This document shows, in pieces, positions 50,760 to 63,756 of a stretch of DNA of 64,000 bases (within the stretch, counting starts at the first letter, position 1; each line of letters starts with the position of its first letter). Made by a program: the position numbers and the translations under genes. The stretch is from the human T2T-CHM13v2.0 reference genome, Homo sapiens: assembly GCF_009914755.1 (NCBI RefSeq), contig NC_060935.1, one strand, 5' to 3'. Below the pieces are notes generated by a model. That model saw only the letters and a program-made list of their open reading frames with translations. It was not told where the DNA came from and searched no databases.

Positions 50760-51160
50760 TGTCAGGCCTCTGAGCCCAAGCTAAGCCATCATATCCCCTG
50801 TGACCTGCATGTACACATCCAGATGGCCAGTTCCTGCCTTAACTGATGACATTCCACCACAAAAGAAATGAAAATGGCCTGTTCCTGCCTTAACTGATGG
50901 CATTATCTTGTGAAATTCCTTCTCCTGGCTCATCCTGGCTCAAAAGCTCCCCTACTGAGCACCTTGTGACCCCCATTCCTGCCCGCCAGAGAACAACCCC
51001 CCTTTTTCCTTTACCTACCCAAATCCTATAAAACGGTCCCACCCTATCTCCCTTTGCTGACTCTCTTTTCGGACTCAACCTGCCTGCACCCAGGTGATTA
51101 AAAGCTTTATTGCTCACACAAAGCCTGCTTGGTGGTCTCTTCAAATGGACGTGAGTAAAA
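50760..51160 (+). promoter_or_regulatory. 5' LTR7 (HERV-H promoter)
   Basis: LTR7 sequence with CCTATAAAA TATA box at about 51025 and ATTAAA. Confidence 0.92.
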
Positions 51161-51162
51161 TT

Positions 51163-51180
51163 TGGTGCCATGACTCAGAT
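51163..51180 (+). other. Primer-binding site complementary to tRNA-His
   Basis: TGGTGCCATGACTCAGAT versus canonical TGGTGCCGTGACTCGGAT (two CpG-type changes). Confidence 0.92.
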
Positions 51181-54100
51181 CGGGGGACCTCCCTTGGGAG
51201 ATCAATCCCCTGTCCTCCTGCTCTTTGCTCCATGAGAAAGATCCACCTACGACCTCAGGTCCTCAGACCGACCAGCCCAAGAAACATCTCACCAATTTCA
51301 AATCCGGTAAGTCACCTCTTTTTACTCTCTTCTCCAATCTCCTTCACTATCCCTCAACCTCTTTCTCCTTTCAATCTTGGCACCACACTTCAATCTCTCC
51401 CTTCTCTTAATTTCAATTCCTTTCATTTTCTGGTAGAGACAAAGGAGACACGTTTTATCCATGGACCCAAAACTCCGGCGCCAGTCACAAACTGGGAAGG
51501 CAGCCTTCCCTTGGTGTTTAATCATTGCAGGGATGCCTCTCTGATTATTCACCCTCGTTTCAGAGGTGTCAGACCACGCAGGGACGCCGCCTGCCTTGGT
51601 CCTTCACCCTTAGTGGCAAGTCTGCTTTTCTGGGGGAAAGGCAAGTACCCCAACCCCTTCTCTCCGTGTATCTACCCCTTCTCTGCTTTTCTGGGGGAGG
51701 GACAAGAAACCCCCAACCCCTTCTCCTTCACCCTAAGTGGCAAGTCCCACTTCTCTAGAGGATGGACAAGTACCCCAACCTCATATCTCTGCTCCCCAAT
51801 CCCTCATTTCTGCACCCCTACCTCATGTCTCTGCGCCCTGATCCCTTATTTCTGCACCCTGACCTCATATCTCTGCACCCCAACCCCTTTCCTGCTTTTC
51901 TGGAGGGTAAGAACCCCCAAACCCCTTCCCTCCATATCTCTACTCTCTCTTTTCTCTAGGCTTGCTTCCTTCACTATAGGGAAACTTCCACCCTCCGTTC
52001 CTCCTTCTTCTCCCTTAGCCTGTGTCTCAAAAACTTAAAACCTCTTCAACTCACACCTGACCTAAAACCTAAATGCCTTATTTTCTTCTGCAACACTGCT
52101 TGGCCCCAATGCAAACTTGGCAATGGCTCTGAATGGCCAGAAAACAGCACTTTTGATTTCTCCATCCTACAAGACCTAAATAATTTTTGTCGAAAAATAG
52201 GCAAATGGTCTGAAGTGCCTTATGTCCAGGCATTTTTCACAATTCGTTCCCTCCCTAGTCTCTGTTCCCAATGTGATTCCTCCCGAATCCTCCTTCTTTC
52301 CCTCCCACCTGTCCCCTCAGTCCCAACCCCAAGCATCCATAAGTCTTTCTACTCTTCCTTTTCTACAGACCCATCTGACCTCTCCCCTCCTCCCCAGGCT
52401 GCGCCTCACCAGGCCGAGCTAGGTCCCAATTCTTCCTCAGCCTCTGCTCCTCCACCCTGTAATCTTTTTATCACCTCTCCTCCTCACACCCAATCCAGTT
52501 TACAGTTTCATTCCGTGAGCAGCCCTCCCCCACCTGCCCAGCAATTTCCTCTTAAAAAGGTGGCTGAAGCTAAAGGCATAGTCAAGGTTAATGCTCCTTT
52601 TTCTTTATCAGACCTCTCCCAAATCAGTGAGTGTTTAGGCTCTTTCATCAAATATGAAAAACCCAGCCCAGTTCATGGCTCGTTCGTCAGCAACCCTGAG
52701 ATGCTTTACAGCTCTAGACCCTAAAAGGTCAAAAGGCCGTCTTATTCTCAATATACATTTTATTACCCAATCTGCTCCCAACATTAAATAAAACTCCAAA
52801 AATTAAATTCCATCCCTCAAACCCCACAACAGGACTTAATTAACCTCACCTTCAGGTGTACAATAATAAAATAGAGGCAGCCAAGTAACAACATATTTCT
52901 GAGTTGCAATTCCTTTCCTCCACTGTAAGACAAACCCCAACCAGATCTCCAGCACACAAGAACTCCAAACACCTGAACCGCAGCTGCCAGGAGTTCCTCC
53001 AGAACCTCCTCCCCCAGGAGCTTGCTACAAGTGCCAGAAATCTGGCCACTGGGCCAAGGAATGCCCATAGCCCAGGATTCCTCCTAAGCCATCTCCCATG
53101 TGTGCAGGACCCCACTGAAAATAAGACTGTTCAACTCACCTGGCAGCCGCTTCCAAAGCCCCTCGAACTCTGGCCCAAGGCTCTCTGACTGACTCCTTCC
53201 CAGATCTTCTTGGCTTAGCAGCTGAAGACTGACACTGCCCGATTGCCTCAGAAGCCTACAGGACCATCACAGATGCTCTAAGTAACTCTCACAGTAGAAA
53301 GTAAGTCCATCCCCTTCTTAATCAATACAGAGGCTACTCACTCCACATTACCTTCTTTTCAAGGGCCTGTTTCCCTTGCTTCCATAACTGTTGTGCATAT
53401 TGATGGCCAGGCTTCTAAACCTCTTAAAACTCCCCAATTCTGGTGCCAACTTAGACAATACTCTTTTAAGCATTCCTTTTTAGTTATCCCCACCTGCCCA
53501 GTTCCCTTATTAGGACCAGACACTGTAACTAAATTATCTGCTTCCCTGACTATTCCTAGGCTACAGCCACACCTCATTGCCACCTTTTCCCCCAGTTCAA
53601 AGCCTCCTTCACATCCTCCCCTTGTATCTCCCCACCTTAACCCACAAGTATAAGACACCTCTACTCCCTCCTTAGTGACCGATCATGCACCCCTTACCAT
53701 CCCATTAAAACCTAATCACGCTTACCTCGCTCAATGCCAATATCCCATCCCATAGCACGCTTTAAAAAGATTAAAGCCTGTTATCACTCGCCTGTTACAG
53801 CATGGCCTTTTAAAGCCTATAAATGCTCCTTACCATTCCCCCATTTTACCTGTCCTGAAACCAGACAAGGCTTACAGGTTAGTTCAGGATCTGAGCCTTA
53901 TCAACCAAATTGTTTTGCCTCTCCACCCCATGGTGCCAAACCCATATACTCTCCTATCCTCAGTACCTCCCTTTATAACCCATTATTCTGTTCTAGATCT
54001 AAAACATGCTTTCTTTACTATTCCTTTGCACCCTTCATCCCAGCCTCTCTTCACTTTCACTTAGACTGACCCTGACACCCATTAGGCTCAGCAAATTACC

Positions 54101-56046
54101 TAGGCTGTACTGCCGCAAGGCTTCACAGACAGCCCCTATTACTTCAGTCAAGCCCAAATTTCATCCTCATCTGTTACCTATCTCGGCATAATTCTCATAA
54201 AAACACACGTGCTCTCCCTGCTGATCATGTCCAATTAATCTCCCAAACCTCAATCCCTTACAAAACAACAACTCCTTTCCTTCCTAGGCATGGTTAGTGT
54301 GGTCAGAATTCTTACACAAGAGCCAGGACCGCACCCTGTAGCCTTTCTGTCCAAACAACTTGACCTCACTCTTTTAGCCTAGCCCTCATGTCTGCGTGCA
54401 GCGGCTGCCACTGCTTTAATACTTTTAGAGGCCCTTAAAATCACAAACTGCTCAACTCATTCTCTGCATTTCTCATAACTTTCGAAATCTATTTTCTTTC
54501 TCATACCTGACGCGTATACTTTCTGCTCCCCGGCTCCTTCAGCTGTACTCATTCTTTGTTAAGTCCCACAATTACCATTGTTCCTGGCCCGGACTTCAAT
54601 CCGGCCTCCCACATTATTCCTGATACCACACCTGACCCCCATGACTGTATCTCTCTGATCCATCTGACATTCACCCCATTTCCCCATGTTTCCTTCTTCC
54701 CTATTCCTCGCCCTGATCATGCTTGATTTATTGATGGCAGTTCCACCAGGCCTAATCGCCACACACCAGCAAAGGCAGGCTATGCTATAGTACAAGCCAC
54801 TAGCCCGCCTCTTAGAACCTCTCATTTCCTTTCCATCGTGGAAATCTATCCTCAAGGAAATAACTTCTCAGTGTTCCATCTGCTGTTCTACTACTCCTCA
54901 GGGATTATTCAGGACCCCTCCCTTCCCTACACATCAAGCTCGAGGATTTGCCCCCACCCACGACTGGCAAATTAGCTTTACTCAACAAGCCCCGAGTCAG
55001 ATAACTAAAATACCTCTTAGTCTAGGTAGACAGTTTCACTGGATAGGTAGAGGCCTTTCCTACAGGGTCTGAGAAGGCCACCACAGTCATTTCTTCCCTT
55101 CTATCAGACATAATTCCTCAGTTTAGCGTTCCCACCTCTATACAGTCTGATAACAGACCAGCCTTTATTACTCAAATCAGCCAAGCAGTTTTTCAGGCTC
55201 TTAGTATTCAGTGAAACCTTTATATCCCTTACAGTCCTCCGTCTTCAAGAAAAGTAGAACGGACTAAAGGTCTTTTAAAAACACACCTCACCAAGCTCAG
55301 CCACCAACTTAAAAAGGACGGGACAATACTTTTACCACTTTTCCTTCTCAGAAGTCAGACCTGTCCTCAGAATGCTACAAGGTACAGCCCATTTGAGCTC
55401 CTGTATAGATGCTCCTTTTTATTAGGCCCCAGTCTCATTCCAGACACCAGACCAACTTAGACTGTGCCCCCAAAAAAACTTGTCATCCCTACTATCTTCT
55501 GTCTAGTCATACTCCTATTCACCATTCTCAACTACTCATACATGCCCTGCTCTTGTTTACACTGCCGGTTTACACTGTTTTTCCAAGCCATCACAGCTGA
55601 TATCTCCTGGTGCTATCCCCAAACTGCCACTCTAAACTCTTGAAGTAAATAAATAATCTTTGCTGGCAGGACTATGCTGAATCTCCTTAGGCACTCTCTA
55701 ATCAGATGTCCTCGGTCCTCCCAACTCTTAGACCTTTTATACCTGTTTTTCTCCTTCTCTTATTCCATTTAGTTTTTCAATTCATACAAAACCGTATCCA
55801 GGCCATCACTAATAATTCTAAATGACGAATGTTTCTTCTAACAGTCCCACAATATCACCCCTTACCACAGAATCTTCCTTCAGCTTAATCTCTCCAATTC
55901 TAGGTTCCCACGCCGCCCCTAATCCCGCTCAAAGCAGCCCTGAGAAACATCGCCCATTATCTCTCCATACCACCCCCAAAAATTTTCACCGTCCCAACAC
56001 TTTACCACTATTTCGTTTTATTTTTCTTATTAATATAAGACAGGAA

Positions 56047-56452
56047 TGTCAGGCTTCTGAGCCCAAGTTAAGCCATCATATCCCCTGTGACCTGCATGTA
56101 GACCACCAGATGGCCTATTCCTGCCTTAACTGATGACATTCCACCACAAAAGAAGTGAAAATGGCCTGTTCCTGCCTTAACCGATGACATTGTCTTGTGA
56201 AATTCCTTCTCCTGGCTCATCCTGGCTCAAAAACTCCCCCACTGAGTACCTTGTGACCCCCACTCTGCCCGCCAGAGAACAACTCCCCTTTGACTGTAAT
56301 TTTCCTTTATCTACCCAAATCCTATAAAATGGCCCTACCCTTATCTCCCTTTGCTGACTCTCTCTTTGGACTCAGCCCGCCTGCATCCAGGTGACTAAAA
56401 GCTTTATTGCTCACACAAAGCCTGTGGTCTCTTCACAGGGACACACATGAAA
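56047..56452 (+). mobile_element. Internal (middle) LTR7
   Basis: Preceded by PPT-like AAGACAGGAA; complete LTR ending CATGAAA; no PBS after it. Confidence 0.94.
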
Positions 56453-59400
56453 GTGACTAGCCCTCCCCCACCTGCCCAGCAATTTACTCTTAAAAAGGTG
56501 GCTGAAGCTAAAGGCATAGTCAAGGTTAATGCTCCTTTTTCTTTATCCCAAATCAGATAGCGTTTAGGCTCTTTTTCATCAAATATAAAAAACCCAGCCC
56601 AGTTCATGGCTCGTTTGGCAGCAACCCTGAGACGCTTTACAGCCCTGGACCCTAAAAGGTCAAAAGGCCGTCTTATTCTCAATATACATTTTATTACCCA
56701 ATCTGCTCCCGACATTAAATAAAACTCCAAAAATTAAATTCCAGCCCTCAAACCCCACAACAGGACTTAATTCACCTCACCTTTAAGGTGTACAATAATA
56801 GAGTAGAGGCAGCCAAGTAGCAACATATTTTGGAGTTGCAATTCCTTGCCTCCACTGTGAGACAAACCCCAGCCACGTCTCCAGCACACAAGAACTTCCA
56901 AACGCCTAAACTGCAGTGGCCAGGCATTCCTCCAGAACCGCCTCCCCCAGGAGCTTGCTACAAGTGCCAGAAATCTGGCCACCAGGCCAAGGAATGCCCG
57001 CAGCCCAGGATTCCTCCTAAGCTGTGTCCCATCTGTGTGGGACCCTACTGGAAATCAGACTGTTCAGCTCACCTGGCAGCCACTCCCAGAGCCCCTGGAA
57101 CTCTGGCCCAAGGCTCTCTGACTGACCCCTTCCCAGATGTTCTCGGCTTAGCAGCTGAAGACTGATGCTGTCCGATCACCTTGGAAGCCCAGTAGACCAT
57201 CACAGACACCGAGCTTTAGGTAACTCTCACAGTGGAGGGTAGTCCGTCCCGTTCTTAATCATTATGGAGGATACACACTCCACATTACCTTCTTTTCAAG
57301 GGTCTGTTTCCCTTGCTTCCATAACTGTTGTGGGTACTGACAGGCTTCTAAACCTCTTAAAACTCCCCAACTCTGGTGCCAATTTAGACAATACTCTTTT
57401 AAGAGCTCTTTTTTTAGTTATCCCCACCTGCCCAGTTCCCTTATTAGGCCAAGACACTTTAAATTATCTGCTTCCCTGACTATCCCTGGACTACAGCTAC
57501 ATCTCATTGCCGCCCTTCTTCCCAATCCAAAGCCTCCTTTGCGTCCACCTCTTATATCCCCCCACCTTAATCCACAAGTATAAGATACCTCTACTCCCTC
57601 CTTGGCAACCGATCATGCACCCCTTACCATCTCAGTAAAACCTAATCACCTTTACCCTGCTCAATGCCAATATCCCATCCTGCAGCACTCTTTAAAAAGG
57701 TTAAAGCCTGTTATCACTTGCCTGCTACAGCATGGCCTTTTAAAGCCTATAAACTCTCCTTACAATTCCCCCATTTTACCTGTCCTAGAACCAGACAAGG
57801 CTTACAGGTTAGTTCAGGATCTGAGCCTTATCAACCAAATTGTTTTGCCTATCCACCCCATGGTGCCAAACCCATATACTCTCCTATCCTCAATACCTCC
57901 CTCCACAACCCATTATTCTGTTCTGGATCTCAATCCCTTTGCACCCTTCATCCCAGCCTCTCTTCGCTTTCACTTAGACTGACGCTGACACCCAACAGGC
58001 TCAGCAAATTACCTAGGCTGTACTGCTGCAAGGCTTCACAGACAGCCCCCATTACTTCAGTCAAGCCCAAATTTCATCCTCATCTGTTATCTATCTCGGC
58101 ATAATTCTCATAAAAACACACGTGCTCTCCCTTCTCATCATGTCTGACTAATCTCCCAAACCTCAATCCCTTACAAAACAACAGCTCCTTTCCTTCCTGG
58201 GCATGGTTAGATACTTTCGCCTTTAGATACCTAGTTTTGCCATCCTAACAAAACCATTATATAAACTCACAAAAGGAAACCTAGCTGACCCCATAGATCC
58301 TAAATCCTTTCCCCACTCCTCTTTCCATTCCTTGAAGACAGCTTTAAAGACTGCCCCCACCCTAGCTCTCCCTGACTCATCCCAACCCTTTTCATTACAC
58401 ACAGCCGAAGTGCAGGGCAGTGCAGTCGGAATTCTTACACAAGGACTGGGATTGCATCCTGTAGCCTTTTTGTCCAAACAACTTGACCTTACTATTTTAG
58501 GCTGGCCATCATGTCTCCCTGCAGCGGCTGCTGTCGCTCTAATACTTTTAGAGGCCCTTAAAATCACAAACTATGCTCAACTCACTCTCTACATCTCTCA
58601 TAATTTCCAAAATCTATTTTCTTCCTCACACTGATGCATATACCTTCTGCTCCCCGGCTCCTTCAGCTGTACTCACTCTTTGTTGAGTCTCCCACAATTA
58701 CCATTGTTCCTGGCCCGGACTTCAATCTGGCCTCCCACATTATTCCTGTTACCACACCTGACTCTCATGACTGCATCTCTCTGATCCACCTGATGTTCAT
58801 CCCATTTCCCCACATTTCCTTCTTCCCTGTTTCTCACCCTGATCACACTTGGTTTATTGATGGCAGTTCCACCAGGCCTAATCGCCACACACCAGCAAAG
58901 GCAGGCTATGCTATAGTACAAGCCACTAGCCCGCCTCTTAGAACCTCTCATTTCCTTTCCATCATGGAAATCCATCCTCAAGGAAATAACTTCTCAGTGT
59001 TCCATCTGCTATTCTACTACTCCTCAGGGATTATTCAGGACCCCTCCCTTCCCTACACATCAAGCTCCAGGATTAGCCCCCACCAAGGACTGGCAAATTA
59101 GCTTTACTCAACGTGCCCCAAGTCAGATAACTAAAATACCTCTTAGTGTAGGTAGACACTTTCACTGGATGGGTAGAGGCCTTTCCTGCAGGATCTGAGA
59201 AGGCCACCACAGTCATTTCTTCCCTTCTATCAGACATAATTCCTCAGTTTAGCCTTCCCACCTCTATACAGTCTGATAACAGACCAGCCTTTATTAGTCA
59301 AATCAGCCAAGCAGTTTTTCAGGCTCTTGGTATTCAGTGAAACCTTTATATCCCTTACAGTCCTCAGTCTTCAGGAAAGGTAGAACGGACTAATGGTCTT

Positions 59401-60173
59401 TTAAAAACACACCTCACCAAGCTCAGCCACCAACTTAAAAAGGACTGGACAATACTTTTACCTCTTTCTTTTCTCAGAATTCAGGCCTGTCCTTGGAATG
59501 CTACAGGGTACAGCCCATTTGAGCTCCTGTATGGACACTACTTTTTATTAAGCCACAGTCCCATTGCAGACACCAGACCAACTTAGACTGTGCCCCAAAA
59601 AACTTGTCATCCCTACTATCTTCTGTCTCATCATACTCGTATTCACCATTCTCAACTACTCATACATGCCCTGCTCTTGTTTACACTGCTGGTTTACACT
59701 GTTTCTCCAAGCCATCACAGCTGATATCTCCTGGTGCTATCCCCAAACTGCCACTCTAAACTCTTGAAGTAAATAAATAATCTTTGCTGGCAGGACTATG
59801 CTGAATCTCTTTAGGCACTCTCTAATTAGATGTCCTAGGTCCTCCCAATTCTTAGACCTTTAATACCTGTTTTTCTCCTTCTCTTATTCCATTTAGTTTT
59901 TCAATTCATACAAAACTGTATCCAGGCCATCACCAATAAATCTAAATCACAAATGTTTCTTCTAACAGTCCCACAATATCACCCCTTACCACAAAATCTT
60001 CCTTCAGCTTAATCTCTCCCACTCTAGGTTCCCACGCCGCCCCTAATCCCGCTCAAAGCAGCCCTGAGAAACATCGCCCATTATCTCTCCATACCATCCC
60101 CCATAATTTTCACTGTCCCAACACTTTACCACTATTTCGTTTTATTTTTCTTATTAATATAAGAAGACAGGAA

Positions 60174-60571
60174 TGTCAGGCCTCTGAGCTCAAGCTAAGC
60201 CATCATATCCCCTGTGACCTGCACGTACACATCCAGATGGTTCCTGCCTTAACTGATGACATTCCACCACAAAAGATATGAAAATGGCCTGTTCCTGCCT
60301 TAACTGATGGCATTATCTTGTGAAATTCCTTCTCCTGGCTCATCCTGGCTCAAAAGCTCCCCTACTGAGCACTTTGTGACCCCCATTCCTGCCCGCCAGA
60401 AAACAACCCCCCTTTTTCCTTTACCTACCCAAATCCTATAAAACGGCCCCACCCCTATCTCCCTTCGCTGACTCTCTTTTCAGATTCAGCCTGCCTGCAC
60501 CCAGGTGATTAAAAGCCTTATTGCTCACACAAAGCCTGTTTGGTGGTCTCTTCACACAGACACGCATGAAA
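60174..60571 (+). mobile_element. 3' LTR7
   Basis: PPT AAGAAGACAGGAA, then TGTCAGG...CATGAAA, then the TSD. Confidence 0.95.
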
Positions 60572-61967
60572 AATACTATTCAATAAAAAGAAAAAAAAGG
60601 AATGAGACGTCAACCCACGATGACAGATGAATCTCAAATGCATATTGTTAAGTGAAGGAAGCCAGTTTAACAAAGCTATATACTGTATTATTGTAACTAC
60701 ATAACATTCTGGAAAAGACAAAACTATAGTGATAGTAAATAGATCAGCGGTTGCTAGGGGTTCAGAGTGGAGGAGTAAGGTGAGTGTTGAATAGATAAAG
60801 CACAGGAATATCTTTTAGGGTAGTGAAACTATTTTTGTGATACTATAATTGTGAACATAAGACACTATGCATTTGTCAAAGCCCATGAAGCTTTACAAAA
60901 CAAACGCTAATGTATACAAATTTAAAACATTTTAGGAGGTCAAGAGATCCCTGGATGGATCTCGGGATAGAATGTAGATAGAACAAAAGAATCTAACTGT
61001 ATTATAATTATTTAAAACAATATCACTGAAGGGGATAGATGATAAAGTTGCTGAATTTGGAAATTATAACTTTACAAAAGTAATTTTGGAAATGGAACCT
61101 GTAAGACTAAAGGCAAAAAGAACTGCACATATGCATAGTACTCTAGTTATAAAGTTGTTTCTCACAGGCGTATGCGTTAACAATTCTGCTATTGCTGTAG
61201 ATGTATATTGGAAGTGAACAATTAAGTAAATGGATGGCAGATGATGTGAGCCAGGTTTCTCACTGTCAGAGTGGGAGTTTAGAGGAGGTTAGAATGATCC
61301 ATTGCCAATGGTGTAGAGTTGAAGACGTCAATATGAGCTCATAATTAACTTAATATATATATTGATGGTTACTTATGCATACACAGAATATATACACATA
61401 TATTTCCTTGCTCTACCAGCTGAGAGGTCCTAGAAGTAATGACACCCCAGTAGCAATGTACACATTCAGCACCCAGATCTTGATTTCAAAAGTCATTTTC
61501 CAACAAAAGAAACCAGTCTTCTTGGGGAAATAGCTGATTTTAGGACAAGAGCAGGAAATATACAAGATAAGCCTGGAGCATCCCATAGCTCAAGAAAGTA
61601 CTGAAAAACTCCCCAAAACAAAAAACAAAACCCACATTGATGGAAGCATGTCAACAGATACAGGAGCTAACTAAAGGAGCTCCTCACAGCCAAAACTGGA
61701 ACAAAATTAGCAAAATTAAGTAGTATTGAATTATAACCCACAGATATATATCCACGAATCTATACTGATATAAAAAATGATTGAATAAATAAATGGGAGA
61801 AGAGACAAATCTGCTGTGTAGTAGAATTCCAAATAATTTATGTAGCTACTTCACCTTCAAGAAGGTGGAGCATAACTCCACTCCTTAAGTGTAGGCTGCA
61901 CATAGTGACTTCCTTCCAAAGAGTACAGTATGAAAACTGGAGTTGGTAGGGAGAGTAACTATACAAT

Positions 61968-62536
61968 GTGTGATGGTTAATATTCGGTGTCAGCTTGATT
62001 GAGGGGAGGCTAGATGGCTGGTAAAGTATTATCTCGGGTATGCTTGGGAGAGTGTTTCCAGGGGAGACTGACATTTTAGTCAGTGGACTGGGAAAGGAAG
62101 ACCCATCCTCAATGAGGGTGGGCACCATCCAATCAGCTGCAAGCACAGCTAGAATAAAGCAGGTGGAAAAAGGTGGGATAAGTTTGCTTCCTGAGGCTTC
62201 TGGCTCTCTTTCTTCTTCTTGAGCTGGACACTTGCTTCTGCTCTTCTTAGACATCAGACTCCAGATTTTTCAACCTTTGGACTCTGGGACTTGCACCAGT
62301 GGCTTCCTGGGGTCTCTCTAGCTTTTGGCCACAGACTGAAGGCTGCACTGTCGGCTTTCCTGGGTGTGAGGTTTTCATAATTGGACTGAGCCACTACCAG
62401 CTTCTTTCTTTCCCCATGCAGATGGCGTATCATGGGATTTCATTTTGTAACTGTGTGAGCCAATTCTCCCTAATAAATTCCCTTTTATATATGCATATAT
62501 CCTATAGGTTCTGTCCTTCTGAAGAACTCTAACACA
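61968..62536 (+). mobile_element. MLT2 (ERVL) LTR inside an L1MC-like 3'UTR
   Basis: TGTGATGGTTAATATT..GTGTCAGCTTGATTG start; GTTCTGTCC.TCTG.AGAAC.CT..AACACA end. Confidence 0.85.
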
Positions 62537-63615
62537 TGGTGGAAAAACCTGAGAAACAGTAACTTGGCCAGATTTTAACATCAGTAGTGACAATTCATGT
62601 TTTGATATAATGTGATAAAAATAGCACTTTACTTCTGTGGTCTTTATCCCCCAAAAATCCAAAACCCCACCTAATCATGAGAAAAAAATCACACAAATCT
62701 CAGTTGAAGGACGGTCTTCAAAATGTCTGACCAGTACACCTTCAGACTGTTGAGGTCATCAAAAGCAAGGAGAGGCGGAGAAACTATCACAGCTGAGAGG
62801 AGCTTAAGGATACATGAAGATTGAAATATAATGAAATGAAATGAAATAAAATAAGATAAAATGAAATGTGATGGACTGGAGGGAATCCTGAAACAGGAAA
62901 AGTACCTTAGGTAAAACCTAAGGAAATCTGAATAAAGCATGGACTTTAGTTAATAGTAATGTGTCAGTATTGGTTCAATATTTTGACAAATATGTCATAC
63001 CAATGTTAGATATTTATAATAAGAAAAATTAGATATGGGATATAGGGAACTCTCTGTACTGCCTTTGCAAATTTTCTGTATGTATAAAACTATTTTAAAA
63101 GATAGAAGCTTATTTTTAAAAGTCATATAGTCTGTCCACCTTCATCTAGGTATGGGAAAAGATTACAGAATGAACAAATTTTTAAATTACGATGCAGTCA
63201 AAAAATAAAGCTTGATGAAATCACAAAACAATTCATCTAAAATTCAGGGCCCCTGACAGAGGCAAATGTCAACTTATTCATCATAATACCTGTGCAAACA
63301 TAGCACTTCCACAGTACTTCTATAAAAAACAATTCTTGCCAAATATGAGCTCATAGGCAAAAATTACAAAACACACATGGAAATTCACCTTCATAAATGA
63401 GAGTTAACAGTTACAACAAACTGGAAAATTTGAGGTCAAGAAATCATAGAAAATAGTTCAATCTCTGAAGGACTTAGCAAATGACTTACCTGTTCAAAGA
63501 CATAAAAAGAAGGAATAGCGTTCACAATACAAGGAGAGACTATTAAGAGAAAAAAGCAGACATATTTCAAAAAGGAATATGCAGTCACACTAGGAATATA
63601 AGAAAACAGTCATTT

Positions 63616-63752
63616 GGGCCAGGGACAGTAGCTCACGCCTGTAATCCCAGCACTTTAGGAAGCTGAAGCAGGTAGTGAGTCACTTGAGGCCAGGAGTTAG
63701 AGACCAGCCTGGGCAAAATGGCAAGACCTCATCTTTACAAAAAATACAAAAG
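63616..63752 (+). mobile_element. Alu left arm
   Basis: Left monomer ending at the A-rich linker. Confidence 0.85.
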
Positions 63753-63756
63753 TCAG

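Larger units (their letters stand above)
50760..60571 (+). mobile_element. Composite HERV-H provirus: three LTR7 and two defective gag-pol internal segments
   Basis: LTRs start TGTCAGGC.TCTGAG at 50760, 56047 and 60174; tRNA-His PBS; gag zinc knuckle CYKCQKSGHQAKEC; RT motifs (SPYNSPILPV, YRLVQDL); TSD AATAC at 50755-50759 and 60572-60576. Confidence 0.96.

Noticed and set aside
51650-51930. Spaced short repeats (CCCCAACCCC / TCTCTGCACCC units) that superficially resemble an array
   Set aside because: Degenerate repeats normal to the HERV-H leader; no CRISPR-like constant repeat with unique spacers, and the DNA is eukaryotic
52215-59767. HERV-H gag/pro/pol ORF fragments as functional genes
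   Set aside because: Fragmented by stops, frameshifts and deletions; no env ORF seen
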